64,000 bases of DNA from NCBI GenBank assembly GCA_963789885.1, contig CAWBNB010000049.1, positions 65,304-129,303 on the forward strand, written 5' to 3'. Source of the DNA: an uncultured beta proteobacterium. GTDB taxonomy: Bacteria > Pseudomonadota > Gammaproteobacteria > Burkholderiales > SG8-39. A program made the position numbers and the translations under genes. Below are positions 9,116-17,879 of this stretch, in pieces; position 1 is the stretch's first letter; every line of letters starts with the position of its first letter. A model generated the notes under the pieces. The model saw nothing but the letters and a program-made list of their open reading frames with translations, made no database searches and was not told the origin of the DNA.

Positions 9116-9991
9116 ATGCAGGTCCTGTTCCTGCTGGAACAGGTGGTGAACGGCCTCGTGCTCGGAGGCTACTACCTCCTGATCGCGCTCGGCCTTTCGC
9201 TGATCTTCAGCGTCGGCGGGGTGGTGAACCTCGCGCACGGCGCCTTCTACGCGCTCGGCGCGTACGCGTCGCTCGAGATCGCGAAATACCTCGGCTTCGG
9301 GCCGGCGGTGGCGCTGTCGCCCGTCGCGGTGGGGCTGCTCGGCATCTTGTTCGAGCGCTTCTTCCTGCGCCGCTTCTACACTGCCGATCCGATCCTCAGC
9401 CTGCTCGTGACCTTCGGCCTGGCGATGATCGCCGAGCAGGCGATCCGCATCGTCTGGGGCGCCGCGCCGCTGCCGGCGTCGATGCCGGCGGCGCTGAAGG
9501 GCAGCGTCGTGCTGGGCGATTTCCTGTTCTCGCGCTACCGCCTGCTGCTGCTCGCCGTGGTGGCGGTGGTGCTCACCGGCGTCTGGCTCCTGCTCAACAA
9601 GACGTCGTTCGGGCGCGTCGTGCGCGCCGGCATCCAGCGCCCCGACATGGTCGCGGCGCTCGGCATCCGGCTGCAGCCTTACATGACCACGATCGTGGTT
9701 CTGGGCGTCGCCATGGCGGCGCTGGGCGGGGCCCTCTTCGCGCCGATCGCGCTGGTGTATCCGGCGATGGGGGCCGAGATCATCACCGTCGCCTTCGTGG
9801 TGGTGGTGATCGGCGGCCTGGGCAGCTTCTGGGGCGTGGTGCTCGCCGCCTTGCTGGTCGGCGTGGTGCGCGGCATCACCATCAACTTCCTGCCGGCGGC
9901 GGGCGAGGCCTCGATCTACGTGCTCATGTTCCTGGTGCTGCTGTTCCGGCCGCGCGGGCTGCTCGGCGAGCGTATCGAGAAGTTCGAATGA
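9116..9991 (+). CDS. Liv-type ABC transporter permease (LivH-like)
   Basis: Track ORF 9110..9991. The ATG at 9116 gives MQVLFLLEQVVNGLVLGGYYLLIALGLSLIF. The protein is polytopic. Confidence 0.85.
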   Translation: MQVLFLLEQVVNGLVLGGYYLLIALGLSLIFSVGGVVNLAHGAFYALGAYASLEIAKYLGFGPAVALSPVAVGLLGILFERFFLRRFYTADPILSLLVTFGLAMIAEQAIRIVWGAAPLPASMPAALKGSVVLGDFLFSRYRLLLLAVVAVVLTGVWLLLNKTSFGRVVRAGIQRPDMVAALGIRLQPYMTTIVVLGVAMAALGGALFAPIALVYPAMGAEIITVAFVVVVIGGLGSFWGVVLAALLVGVVRGITINFLPAAGEASIYVLMFLVLLFRPRGLLGERIEKFE

Positions 9992-12525
9992 CGCGCGGCC
10001 TGTCGAACGCGAAGTACCGGGCGCTTTGGATCGGCGCGCTCGTGCTCGTCGCCCTGCCTTTCGCGATGCGCCTCTCCGGCCTGACGGTCAATACGGCGAG
10101 CGTCGCGGTCATTCTGTCGATCGCGGCGGTCGGCCTCAACCTGCTGGTCGGCTATACCGGGCTCACCTCGTTCGGCCACGCCGCGTGGTTCGGCATCGGC
10201 GCCTACGCGGCCGCGATCGCGCAGAAGAGCTGGCTGCACGGCCAGATCTTCATGCCGATCCTGATTTCACTCGTCTTCGTCGCGGTCCTGTCGACGGCGG
10301 TGGGATTCCTGATCCTGCGCCGGCGCGGCGTTTATTTTTCGCTGCTCACGCTGGCGCTCTGCGCGCTCACCTACGCGGTCGCATTCCGCTGGACCGCGGT
10401 GACCGGCGGCGAGGACGGGCTGGGCGGCCTCGAGCGCGGCCGCATCGGGCCGATCTCCCTCGACGATGCGTTCGTCTACTACGCGGTCGTCGCGCTCATC
10501 GCACTGGGTGTCCTCTACGGCCTGCTGCGCGTCACCCGCTCGCCGTTCGGGCACGTGCTCGTCGCGATTCGCGAGAACCAGCAGCGGGCCATGTTCCAGG
10601 GCTATCCCGTCGAGCTGTACAAGCTGGCGGCCTTCGTCATCTCGGCGGTGGTGACCGGGCTCGCCGGCGCACTGCTCGGATTCCAGCAGTATCTCGTGTC
10701 CGCGGACGGCACCGCGGTAGCGTTTTCCGGCGAGCTCCTCGCCATGGTGGTGATCGGCGGGATGCATCACATCCTCGGCCCCGCGCTCGGAGCGCTGTTC
10801 TACATCCTGTTCCGCGAGCTCTTTTCGATGCTGACCGCGAACTGGCTCCTCTGGTTCGGACTGGTTTTCGTCGGGTTCGTCCTCTTCTCGCCGACCGGAC
10901 TCGTCGGCATCTGGTCCAAGCTGCAACGGCGCTGGCGGCCGCCGCTAGAGGAAGCCGCAGCCATGAATGCGCGCCGCATCCACGCCGGCCTGCCGCTGCC
11001 CGAGTTCCTGCGTCCCGCCGCGCGGCTGGGGACGGTGCTCGAAGTCGACGCGGTGTCGAAGCACTTCGGCGGCATCCGTGCGGTCGCGAACGCGTCCCTG
11101 GCGATCACGGCCGGCGAGGTCCACGCGCTGATCGGACCGAACGGCGCGGGGAAGACCACGATGTTCAACCTCGTGTCGGGCATGTTCTCCCCGGACGCCG
11201 GCACGGTGCGCCTGCACGGCGAGGAGATCCGCGACCTGCCGCCGCACCGGATCTGCGAGCGCGGCCTCGCACGCTCGTTCCAGATTACCAACCTGTTCCG
11301 CGGCCTGTCGATCCACGAGAACCTGCGCCTGTCGCTGCAGGCGAGGCATCCCGGACGCTTCAACGCCTGGCGCGACATCGACAGCTACCCGGAGATCCAC
11401 GCGGAAACCGCGGCCCTGATCGCGTTCCTCGGCCTCGAAGGCATCGAGGAGATCGCGGGGGGCGAGCTCTCCTACGGCGGGCAGCGGCTCTTGGACGTCG
11501 GCATCGCCCTCGCTTCGAAGCCGCAGGTCCTGCTGCTCGACGAGCCGCTCGCGGGGCTTGCTGCCGCCGAGCGCGAGCGGGTATCGAGCCTGGTGAAGAG
11601 CGTGGCCGCAAGCATTCCGGTGCTGATCGTGGAGCACGACATCGATCGCGTGCTCGGCTTCTCGCAGCACGTGACGGTGATGAACCAGGGCGAAGTGCTG
11701 ATGGCGGGCACGCCCGACGAGGTGCGCGGGGACGCCAGGGTGCAGGAGGTCTACACCGGAACCGGCACGCCGCCCGCCACCGGCCGCGCTGCGCGCGGAC
11801 TGCGCGATCGCGCGCCGCTGCTGCGCTTCACGGGCGTCAACGCCTACTACGGGAAGAGCCACATCCTCAACGATGCGACGCTCGACGTGCGCGAGGGCGA
11901 GATCGTCGCGCTCCTCGGCCGCAACGGCGCGGGCAAGTCCACGTTGCTGAAGACGCTCGCAGGACTGGTCCCGCCGGCCTCCGGAACGATCGAGTACGAG
12001 GGGCGCAACATCGCCGGCATGCCGGCGCCGGACATCGCGCGCCTGGGCGTCGGCTACGTGCCGCAGGGGCGGGGCCTTTTCGCCGGCATGACGGTGGCCG
12101 ACAACCTCGCGCTCGGACGCCTCGCGCGCGCCACCGACGGCAAGCACGGCGTCGTCTGGAGCGATGAGCAGATCTTCGCGCACTTCCCGCGCCTGAAGGA
12201 GCGCATGCACGTCGCCGCCGACTACCTGTCCGGCGGCGAGCAGCAGATGGTGGCGGTGGCACGTGCGCTGTCCGGGAACGTAAAGCTGCTCTTGCTGGAC
12301 GAGCCGTTCGAGGGACTCGCACCTACGATCGTGCAGGAGCTGTTCGCGGTCTTCGACCGGCTGCGCAGCCATGCGTCGATCGTGATCGTGGAGCACAACC
12401 TGGACCTCGTCCTCGCCCTCGCCGATCGCGTGTTCGCGCTCGAGCGGGGCGCGGTCTTCCACGAGGGACCCGCCGAGCCGCTGCTGACCGACCTCGAGTA
12501 CCGCAAGCGGATCCTGTGGCTGTAA
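9988..12525 (+). CDS. Fused Liv-type permease (LivM-like) + two ABC ATPase domains (LivG-like, LivF-like) in one 845-aa ORF
   Basis: Track ORF. It starts with an ATGA overlap with livH. The membrane domain covers aa 1-~320. The first NBD is GPNGAGKTTMFN...LSYGGQRLLDV...LLLDEP. The second NBD is GRNGAGKSTLLK...LSGGEQQMVAV...LLLDEP. See the finding on the LivM/LivG junction. Confidence 0.8.
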   Translation: MTRGLSNAKYRALWIGALVLVALPFAMRLSGLTVNTASVAVILSIAAVGLNLLVGYTGLTSFGHAAWFGIGAYAAAIAQKSWLHGQIFMPILISLVFVAVLSTAVGFLILRRRGVYFSLLTLALCALTYAVAFRWTAVTGGEDGLGGLERGRIGPISLDDAFVYYAVVALIALGVLYGLLRVTRSPFGHVLVAIRENQQRAMFQGYPVELYKLAAFVISAVVTGLAGALLGFQQYLVSADGTAVAFSGELLAMVVIGGMHHILGPALGALFYILFRELFSMLTANWLLWFGLVFVGFVLFSPTGLVGIWSKLQRRWRPPLEEAAAMNARRIHAGLPLPEFLRPAARLGTVLEVDAVSKHFGGIRAVANASLAITAGEVHALIGPNGAGKTTMFNLVSGMFSPDAGTVRLHGEEIRDLPPHRICERGLARSFQITNLFRGLSIHENLRLSLQARHPGRFNAWRDIDSYPEIHAETAALIAFLGLEGIEEIAGGELSYGGQRLLDVGIALASKPQVLLLDEPLAGLAAAERERVSSLVKSVAASIPVLIVEHDIDRVLGFSQHVTVMNQGEVLMAGTPDEVRGDARVQEVYTGTGTPPATGRAARGLRDRAPLLRFTGVNAYYGKSHILNDATLDVREGEIVALLGRNGAGKSTLLKTLAGLVPPASGTIEYEGRNIAGMPAPDIARLGVGYVPQGRGLFAGMTVADNLALGRLARATDGKHGVVWSDEQIFAHFPRLKERMHVAADYLSGGEQQMVAVARALSGNVKLLLLDEPFEGLAPTIVQELFAVFDRLRSHASIVIVEHNLDLVLALADRVFALERGAVFHEGPAEPLLTDLEYRKRILWL

Positions 12526-12607
12526 CGACAATGCAGCTTCGCCGCTTCGTTCGACCGTGACTTTGGAGCGATCAATGACAGATACCGATACCGGACGCGG
12601 TGAGGCA

Positions 12608-13261
12608 ATGATCCGCCTGACCGCAGCAGATGGCTTCGCGCTCGACGCGTTCGAGGCCTCGGCGGGCGGCGACCGCGCCGGCGCCGTGGTGATCCTGCAG
12701 GAGATCTTCGGCCTCACCGATCAGCTCAGGTCGGTGGCGCGATTCTTCGCGCGCAACGGGTTCGACGCGATCGTTCCGTCCCTCGTCGATCGCGCGTCGC
12801 CGGGCACCGTCGTGCCGTTCGACCAGCCCGACCGCGGCCGGGAACTGATGAGCGGCATTCCGTGGGAAAAGACCCGGCTCGACATCGCCGCGGCGGTCGG
12901 CAGGGTGGATCGGGGCCGCGGCGTTTCCGCGGTCGGATTCTGCCTCGGCGGGGGTCTTGCACTGCGCGCGGCGTGCGACCTCGCGCTGGCCGGCGCGGTG
13001 TCGTACTACGGGACCCGGCTCGGCTCGTATCTCGACAAGACGCCGCGCTGTCCGATGCTCTTCCACTTCGGGGCGACCGACACGCATTCCCCGCCCGAGG
13101 TCATCGAGGCGGTGAAGCGAGCGATCCCCGCGGCCGAGACGCACGTCTACCGGGCAGGCCACGCGTTCGCGAACGACGCCCGCGCGACCTACGTGAAGGA
13201 CGCCGCCGAGACGGCACACGCCCGGACCCTCGAGTTTCTGCGCAAGGCCCATGCGAGATGA
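12608..13261 (+). CDS. Dienelactone hydrolase family protein
   Basis: Track ORF 12557..13261. The likely start is MIRLTAADGFALDAFEA. Supporting motifs are VVILQEIFGLTDQLRSV, GFCLGGGLA (nucleophile elbow) and GHAFAND. Confidence 0.8.
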   Translation: MIRLTAADGFALDAFEASAGGDRAGAVVILQEIFGLTDQLRSVARFFARNGFDAIVPSLVDRASPGTVVPFDQPDRGRELMSGIPWEKTRLDIAAAVGRVDRGRGVSAVGFCLGGGLALRAACDLALAGAVSYYGTRLGSYLDKTPRCPMLFHFGATDTHSPPEVIEAVKRAIPAAETHVYRAGHAFANDARATYVKDAAETAHARTLEFLRKAHAR

Positions 13262-13287
13262 GCCGCTGATCGACGACCGGCGAGCCG

Positions 13288-14205
13288 TCAGCGCGCTTCT
13301 TCGGGCCAGTAGAGCCGCAACGGGTTGTCGACGAGCAGCTTGCGCTGCAACTCGGCGGTCGGCGCGATGTGCGGGATGAAGTCGACCAGCAGTCCGTCGT
13401 CGGGCATGTGGTCCTTCAGGTTCGGGTGCGGCCAGTCCGTGCCCCACAGCACGCGGTCGGGAAACGTCTCGACGATGCGCTTCGCGAAGGGCACGACGTC
13501 GCGGTAGGCGGCGCGCTCGCCGTTCAGCGCCTTCGGCCCGGTGACCGAGAGCCGCTCGGGGCAGGTCACCTTCGACCATACGTTCGGGTATTCGCGCATG
13601 AAGCTTACGAACCGCTCGAACTCGGGGCCGTCGACCGGCTTGCTGACGTCCGGGCGACCCATGTGATCGACGACCACCGTGGTCGGCAGCGCGCTGAAGA
13701 AGTCCCAAAGCTCCGGCAGGTCAACCGCCTCGAAGTAGACGACGACGTGCCAGCCGAGCGGCGCGATGCGGCCGGCGATCTCCATCAGCTCGTCCTTCGG
13801 CGTGAAGTCCACCAGCCGCTTGACGAAGTTGAAGCGCACGCCGCGCACGCCGGAAGCGTGCATCGCCTGCAGTTCCCGGTCCGTCACCGACCGCCCGACG
13901 GTCGCTACGCCGCGCGCCCTGCCGCCCGAATGCACGAGCGCATCGACCATCGCGCGGTTGTCGGCGCCATGACAGGTCGCCTGCACGACGACGTTGCGCG
14001 CGAAGCCGAGGTGGTCGCGCAGCGCATAGAGCTCGCGCTTCGAGGCGTCGCAGGGCGTGTACTTGCGCTCCGGCGCGTAGGGGAACTGCGCGCCCGGTCC
14101 GAACACGTGGCAATGCGCGTCGACGCTGCCGGCCGGCACCTTGAATCTGGGCTTCGACGGGCTGGCGCACCAATCCAGCCAGCCGGGAGTCTTCTGGAAT
14201 TCCAT
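13288..14205 (-). CDS. ligI: 2-pyrone-4,6-dicarboxylate lactonase (LigI)
   Basis: Track ORF 13288..14220. It is collinear by eye with Sphingobium SYK-6 LigI: SPSKPRFKVPAGSVDAHCHVFGP, LRDHLGFARNVVVQATCHG, VVDHMGRPD, LWGTDWPHPN, VDNPLRLYW. The ATG at 14205 follows ggaagagag. An alternative GTG lies at 14220. Confidence 0.85.
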   Translation of the reverse strand: MEFQKTPGWLDWCASPSKPRFKVPAGSVDAHCHVFGPGAQFPYAPERKYTPCDASKRELYALRDHLGFARNVVVQATCHGADNRAMVDALVHSGGRARGVATVGRSVTDRELQAMHASGVRGVRFNFVKRLVDFTPKDELMEIAGRIAPLGWHVVVYFEAVDLPELWDFFSALPTTVVVDHMGRPDVSKPVDGPEFERFVSFMREYPNVWSKVTCPERLSVTGPKALNGERAAYRDVVPFAKRIVETFPDRVLWGTDWPHPNLKDHMPDDGLLVDFIPHIAPTAELQRKLLVDNPLRLYWPEEAR

Positions 14206-14221
14206 CGGTCTCTCTTCCACG

Positions 14222-15250
14222 TCAGCGGGCCTTGGCCTTGAGCGCCGCGTCCAGGCGGGGGAACACCCGCCGCGCGTTGCCTTCGTACACCCTGTGCTTG
14301 TCGGCCGCGCTCAGGATCGTCGAGGCCTCGATGTAGCGCTTGGTGTCATCGTAGTAGTTGCCGGTCTCCGGGTCGATTCCGCGCACGGCGCCGATCATCT
14401 CGCTCGCGAACAGGATGTTGTCGACCGGGATCACGCGGGTCAGCAGGTCGATGCCCGGCTGGTGGTAGACGCAGGTGTCGAAGAAGACGTTGTGAAGCAG
14501 ATGGTCCTTCAGCAGCGGCTTTTTCAGCTCCTGCGCGAGGCCGCGGAAGCGGCCCCAGTGGTAGGGCACGGCGCCGCCGCCGTGCGGAATGATGAAGCGC
14601 AGCGTCGGGAAGTCCTTGAACAGATCCGAGGTCAGGCACTGCATGAAGGCCGTCGTGTCGGCGTTCAGGTAGTGCGCGCCGGTGGTGTGGAAACACGCGT
14701 TGCAGCTCGTGCTCACGTGGATCATCGCCGGGATATCGTGCTCGACCATCTTCTCGTAGATCGGATACCAGTGCCGGTCCGACAGCGGCGGCTCTTTCCA
14801 GTGACCGCCCGAAGGATCCGGGTTCAGGTTGATGCCGACGAAGCCGTACTGCCTGACGCATTTCTCCAGCTCCGGAATGCAGGTCTTCGGATCGGCACCG
14901 GGCGACTGCGGCAGCATCGCGGCGCCGACGAAGTTGTCCGGGAAGAGCTGCGCGACGCGGAAGCACAGCTCGTTGCAGATCGCCGCCCAGCTCGACGACA
15001 CGCCGAAGTCGCCGATGTGGTGCGCCATGAAGCTGGCACGCGGGCTGAAGATCGTCAGGTCCAAGCCGCGCTGGCGCATGAGTTTGAGCTGGTTGGACTC
15101 GATCGACTCGCGCAGCGCGTCGTCGCTGATCTTCAGGTCGCCGATCCTGGGCATCACCGCCGGGTCCTTGATGCCGGCGATCTGCTGGTTGCGCCAGTTC
15201 TCCAGCGCCTTGGGCGCCGTGGTGTAGTGGCCGTGGCAATCGATGATCAT
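14222..15250 (-). CDS. ligJ: 4-oxalomesaconate hydratase (LigJ)
   Basis: Track ORF of 342 aa. MIIDCHGHYTT..., TIFSPRAS, FPTLRFIIPHGGGAVPYHWGRFRGLA, NVFFDTCVYHQPGIDLL and GNARRVFPRLDA match LigJ almost motif for motif. Confidence 0.85.
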   Translation of the reverse strand: MIIDCHGHYTTAPKALENWRNQQIAGIKDPAVMPRIGDLKISDDALRESIESNQLKLMRQRGLDLTIFSPRASFMAHHIGDFGVSSSWAAICNELCFRVAQLFPDNFVGAAMLPQSPGADPKTCIPELEKCVRQYGFVGINLNPDPSGGHWKEPPLSDRHWYPIYEKMVEHDIPAMIHVSTSCNACFHTTGAHYLNADTTAFMQCLTSDLFKDFPTLRFIIPHGGGAVPYHWGRFRGLAQELKKPLLKDHLLHNVFFDTCVYHQPGIDLLTRVIPVDNILFASEMIGAVRGIDPETGNYYDDTKRYIEASTILSAADKHRVYEGNARRVFPRLDAALKAKAR

Positions 15251-15287
15251 CGGTCGTCTCCTTGTGTTCGCAGCCGCGTCCGGAAAG

Positions 15288-15990
15288 TCAGGCCGGCTCC
15301 AAGCCGTGGCGCCGCTTCGCGTCGCTGGACAACGGCGATGTCATGAAGTCGAGCAGGCTGCGCACCGCATCGCCTTGCCTCGAGTTGGCGCAGAGGCCGG
15401 CCGAGAACGTGGTGATGATCTGGATTGCCGGCGGCAGCGGTCCGATCACATCGACGCCGCTCACGTGCATCAACTCGCTCAGCTGCTGGAAGCCGAGCTC
15501 CACCTCGCCTCGCGCGACGAGGGTGCCAACGGGCACGCCGGGCGGCGCGAGGACAATCCGGTCCTTGATCTCGCCGTCAACGCCCCAGCGCTTGAAGAGC
15601 GCGGCCAGCGCCACGCCACTGGGTCCGGTCGAATAGCCGACGCTGCGCGCGGACAGCACGGCGCGCCGGAGGGCCTCTTCCGAGCCGATATCCGGACGCG
15701 GTGCGCCCGATCGGACCGCGATGGCGACGCCCGAACGGGCGAGCCCGACCTTGCTCCCCGCGACAATGCGGCCGGCGTCGACCAGCTTGTCGATCGCATC
15801 CGACGCGAGCACGACCACATCGAACGGCTCGCCCGAGGCCGACGCGCCTGGCGGCATCCACCCCGCCGACCGACTCGAAAGCGACCACGCGGCCGGAACG
15901 CCGCTCGAACGCGGCGGCCAGCTCGCCGAGCACCTCACGGGTCGCCATCGACGAGATGCCGGCAATCTTCGAGGAATCGGCAGCGCTCAC
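15288..15990 (-). pseudogene. ModA-like (type 2 PBP) substrate-binding-domain protein without a signal peptide, broken by a +1 frameshift
   Basis: The N-terminus VSAADSSKIAGISSMATREVLGELAAAFERRSGRVVAFESVGGVDAARRV is in the frame of track ORF 15577..16029. The rest, SGEPFDVVVLASDAIDKLVDAG...GVPVGTLVARGEVELGFQQLSEL..., is in the frame of ORF 15288..15965. The junction is at ~15837-15845. The GTG start overlaps the upstream stop (GTGA). Confidence 0.7.
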
Positions 15991-16964
15991 TGCTTTTCGA
16001 TCTTGGCTTTCGCGACGACGTCCTTCCATTTGGCGATCTCCTTCGTGAGCAGCGCGCCGAGTTCCTCCGGCGTGCCGCCCTGGGGAATGACGCCGAGCTC
16101 GTCGAAGCGCTGCTTCACCTCGGGAAGTGCGAGGACCGCGTTGATTTCCTTGTTGAGAAGATCGATCACCGGCCGAGGCGTTTTCGCCGGCGCGGCGATG
16201 CCGTTCCAGGAGGCGACCTCGTAACCGGGCACGCCGCTCTCGATCACGGTCGGCACGCCGGGCAGACCCGGGAAGCGGCTTTGCGTCGTAATCGCGACCG
16301 CACGCAGGCCACCCCCCTTCACCTGCGCCATGACCGGCGCGAGAATCTCGAAGCCGAGCTGAATATCACCGCCCTTGAGCGCGGTCAGGACTTCGGACGA
16401 TCCCTTGAAGGGCACAACCGTGAGGTCGATCCCCGCGAGCGATTTGAACAGCTCCGCCGACAGGTGCTGCGTGCTGCCGATGCCAATGGTTCCGACCGTG
16501 AGCTTTCCCGGGCTCGCTTTGGCCGCGGCGATGATCTCCTTCACGGTCTTCAGCTTGGACTCGTTGTTCGTCACGATGGCGAGTCCGAAATACCCGATCT
16601 CCGAGACCATGGCGAAATCCTTGACGGGGTCGTAGCTCAGCTTCTTGAATAGAGACGCGCTGACCGCGTTCCCGTTGCTAATGAGAAGGAGGGTGTAGCC
16701 GTCCGGCGGGGCCTTGGCGACCGCCTCCGCCGCGATGATGCCGCCTGCGCTGGGGCGGTTCTCCACGAGGAACTGCTGCTTGAGCCGCTCGCTGAGCTTC
16801 TGGGCGACGATGCGCACGGTGATGTCCGCTACGCCGCCCGGAGCGAAGCCGACGACGATTTTCACGGGCTTCGTCGGGTAGTTTTGGGCGAAGGCGGCAG
16901 CACTGCCGACGAGGCCCGATACGGCGATCAACAAACTTGCGATGGCGCGGTAGGCGCGGTTCAT
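15987..16964 (-). CDS. Bug-family (TctC-like) tripartite tricarboxylate transporter substrate-binding protein
   Basis: Track ORF of 325 aa. It has a signal peptide and then NYPTKPVKIVVGFAPGGVADIT, which is typical of the Bug family. Confidence 0.85.
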   Translation of the reverse strand: MNRAYRAIASLLIAVSGLVGSAAAFAQNYPTKPVKIVVGFAPGGVADITVRIVAQKLSERLKQQFLVENRPSAGGIIAAEAVAKAPPDGYTLLLISNGNAVSASLFKKLSYDPVKDFAMVSEIGYFGLAIVTNNESKLKTVKEIIAAAKASPGKLTVGTIGIGSTQHLSAELFKSLAGIDLTVVPFKGSSEVLTALKGGDIQLGFEILAPVMAQVKGGGLRAVAITTQSRFPGLPGVPTVIESGVPGYEVASWNGIAAPAKTPRPVIDLLNKEINAVLALPEVKQRFDELGVIPQGGTPEELGALLTKEIAKWKDVVAKAKIEKQ

Positions 16965-16973
16965 GGCTTTTCC

Positions 16974-17666
16974 TCAGATCTGGTCCGTGTGGTCGACATA
17001 GCGCAGGCCGGCGTTGGCCAGCGCGTCGCGCATGCCGTAGATGTCCAAGCCGAGCTCCCCGGCGGCGAGCCGTTTGCGGTTCGCATCTTCCTTCTGCTCG
17101 CGGGCGGCGGCTGCTTCGGCCACCTTCGACGCAGCGGCGCGCGGAATGACGACGATGCCGTCGTCGTCGGCCGCAACGACGTCGCCCGGCTGGATCAGCG
17201 CACCGCCGCACACGACGGGGGTGTTCACCGAGCCGACGGTCGCCTTCACCGTGCCCTTGGCCGAAATGGCGCGCGACCACACCGGGAACTTCATCGCCTG
17301 CAGCTCGGCGACGTCGCGGCAGCCGGCCTCGATGACGAGCCCCCTCGCGCCCCGGGCGCGGTACGACGTGGCGAGGAGCTCGCCGAACAAGCCGTCGGTG
17401 TTTTCCGCCGACAGCGCGACGATCACGACGTCGCCGGGGCGGATCATCTCCGCGGCGACGTGGAGCATCCAGTTGTCGCCGGGATGTGCGAGCACCGTTA
17501 CCGCGGTGCCGCACGCCTTCGCCCCCGGATAGACCGGCCGCATGAACGGCCGCATCAGTCCGACTCTGCCCTGCGCCTCGTGCAGGGTGGCGACGCCGAA
17601 GTGTGCGAGGCGCTCCACCGCGCCGGCATCGGCGCGCTCGATGTTGCGGACGACGATTCCGTTCAT
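16974..17666 (-). CDS. ligK: 4-carboxy-4-hydroxy-2-oxoadipate aldolase / oxaloacetate decarboxylase (LigK/GalC, RraA-like)
   Basis: Track ORF 16974..17693. The likely start is MNGIVVRNIERAD. Supporting motifs are VATLHEAQGR, GDNWMLHVA, GELLATSYRARGARGLVIEAGCRD and GDVVAADDDGIVVIP. Confidence 0.85.
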   Translation of the reverse strand: MNGIVVRNIERADAGAVERLAHFGVATLHEAQGRVGLMRPFMRPVYPGAKACGTAVTVLAHPGDNWMLHVAAEMIRPGDVVIVALSAENTDGLFGELLATSYRARGARGLVIEAGCRDVAELQAMKFPVWSRAISAKGTVKATVGSVNTPVVCGGALIQPGDVVAADDDGIVVIPRAAASKVAEAAAAREQKEDANRKRLAAGELGLDIYGMRDALANAGLRYVDHTDQI

Positions 17667-17879
17667 GGCCGCTAATCGAGCTGCCGGTTGCACAGCGCCG
17701 CACAGACGAGCTTCAATTGCATGGACTTCCTCCTAAGGGTGGGTTTGAACGGTGATCGGATCCTCGCCATGGCAGCAGCCTCGTTCGTCCTCGACCAGCG
17801 CAGATTCTGCCGCCGGGCTCGCCAGAATGGAACGGCATTGCTAAACTAGCTGCTATCCCGATTCGGCATGGGTGCCAGC

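Noticed and set aside
17667-17879. LysR-type T-N11-A operator in the ligK/lysR divergent region.
   Set aside because: Several T-N11-A matches can be found by eye, but none stands out as a convincing inverted repeat. There is not enough support to annotate a site.
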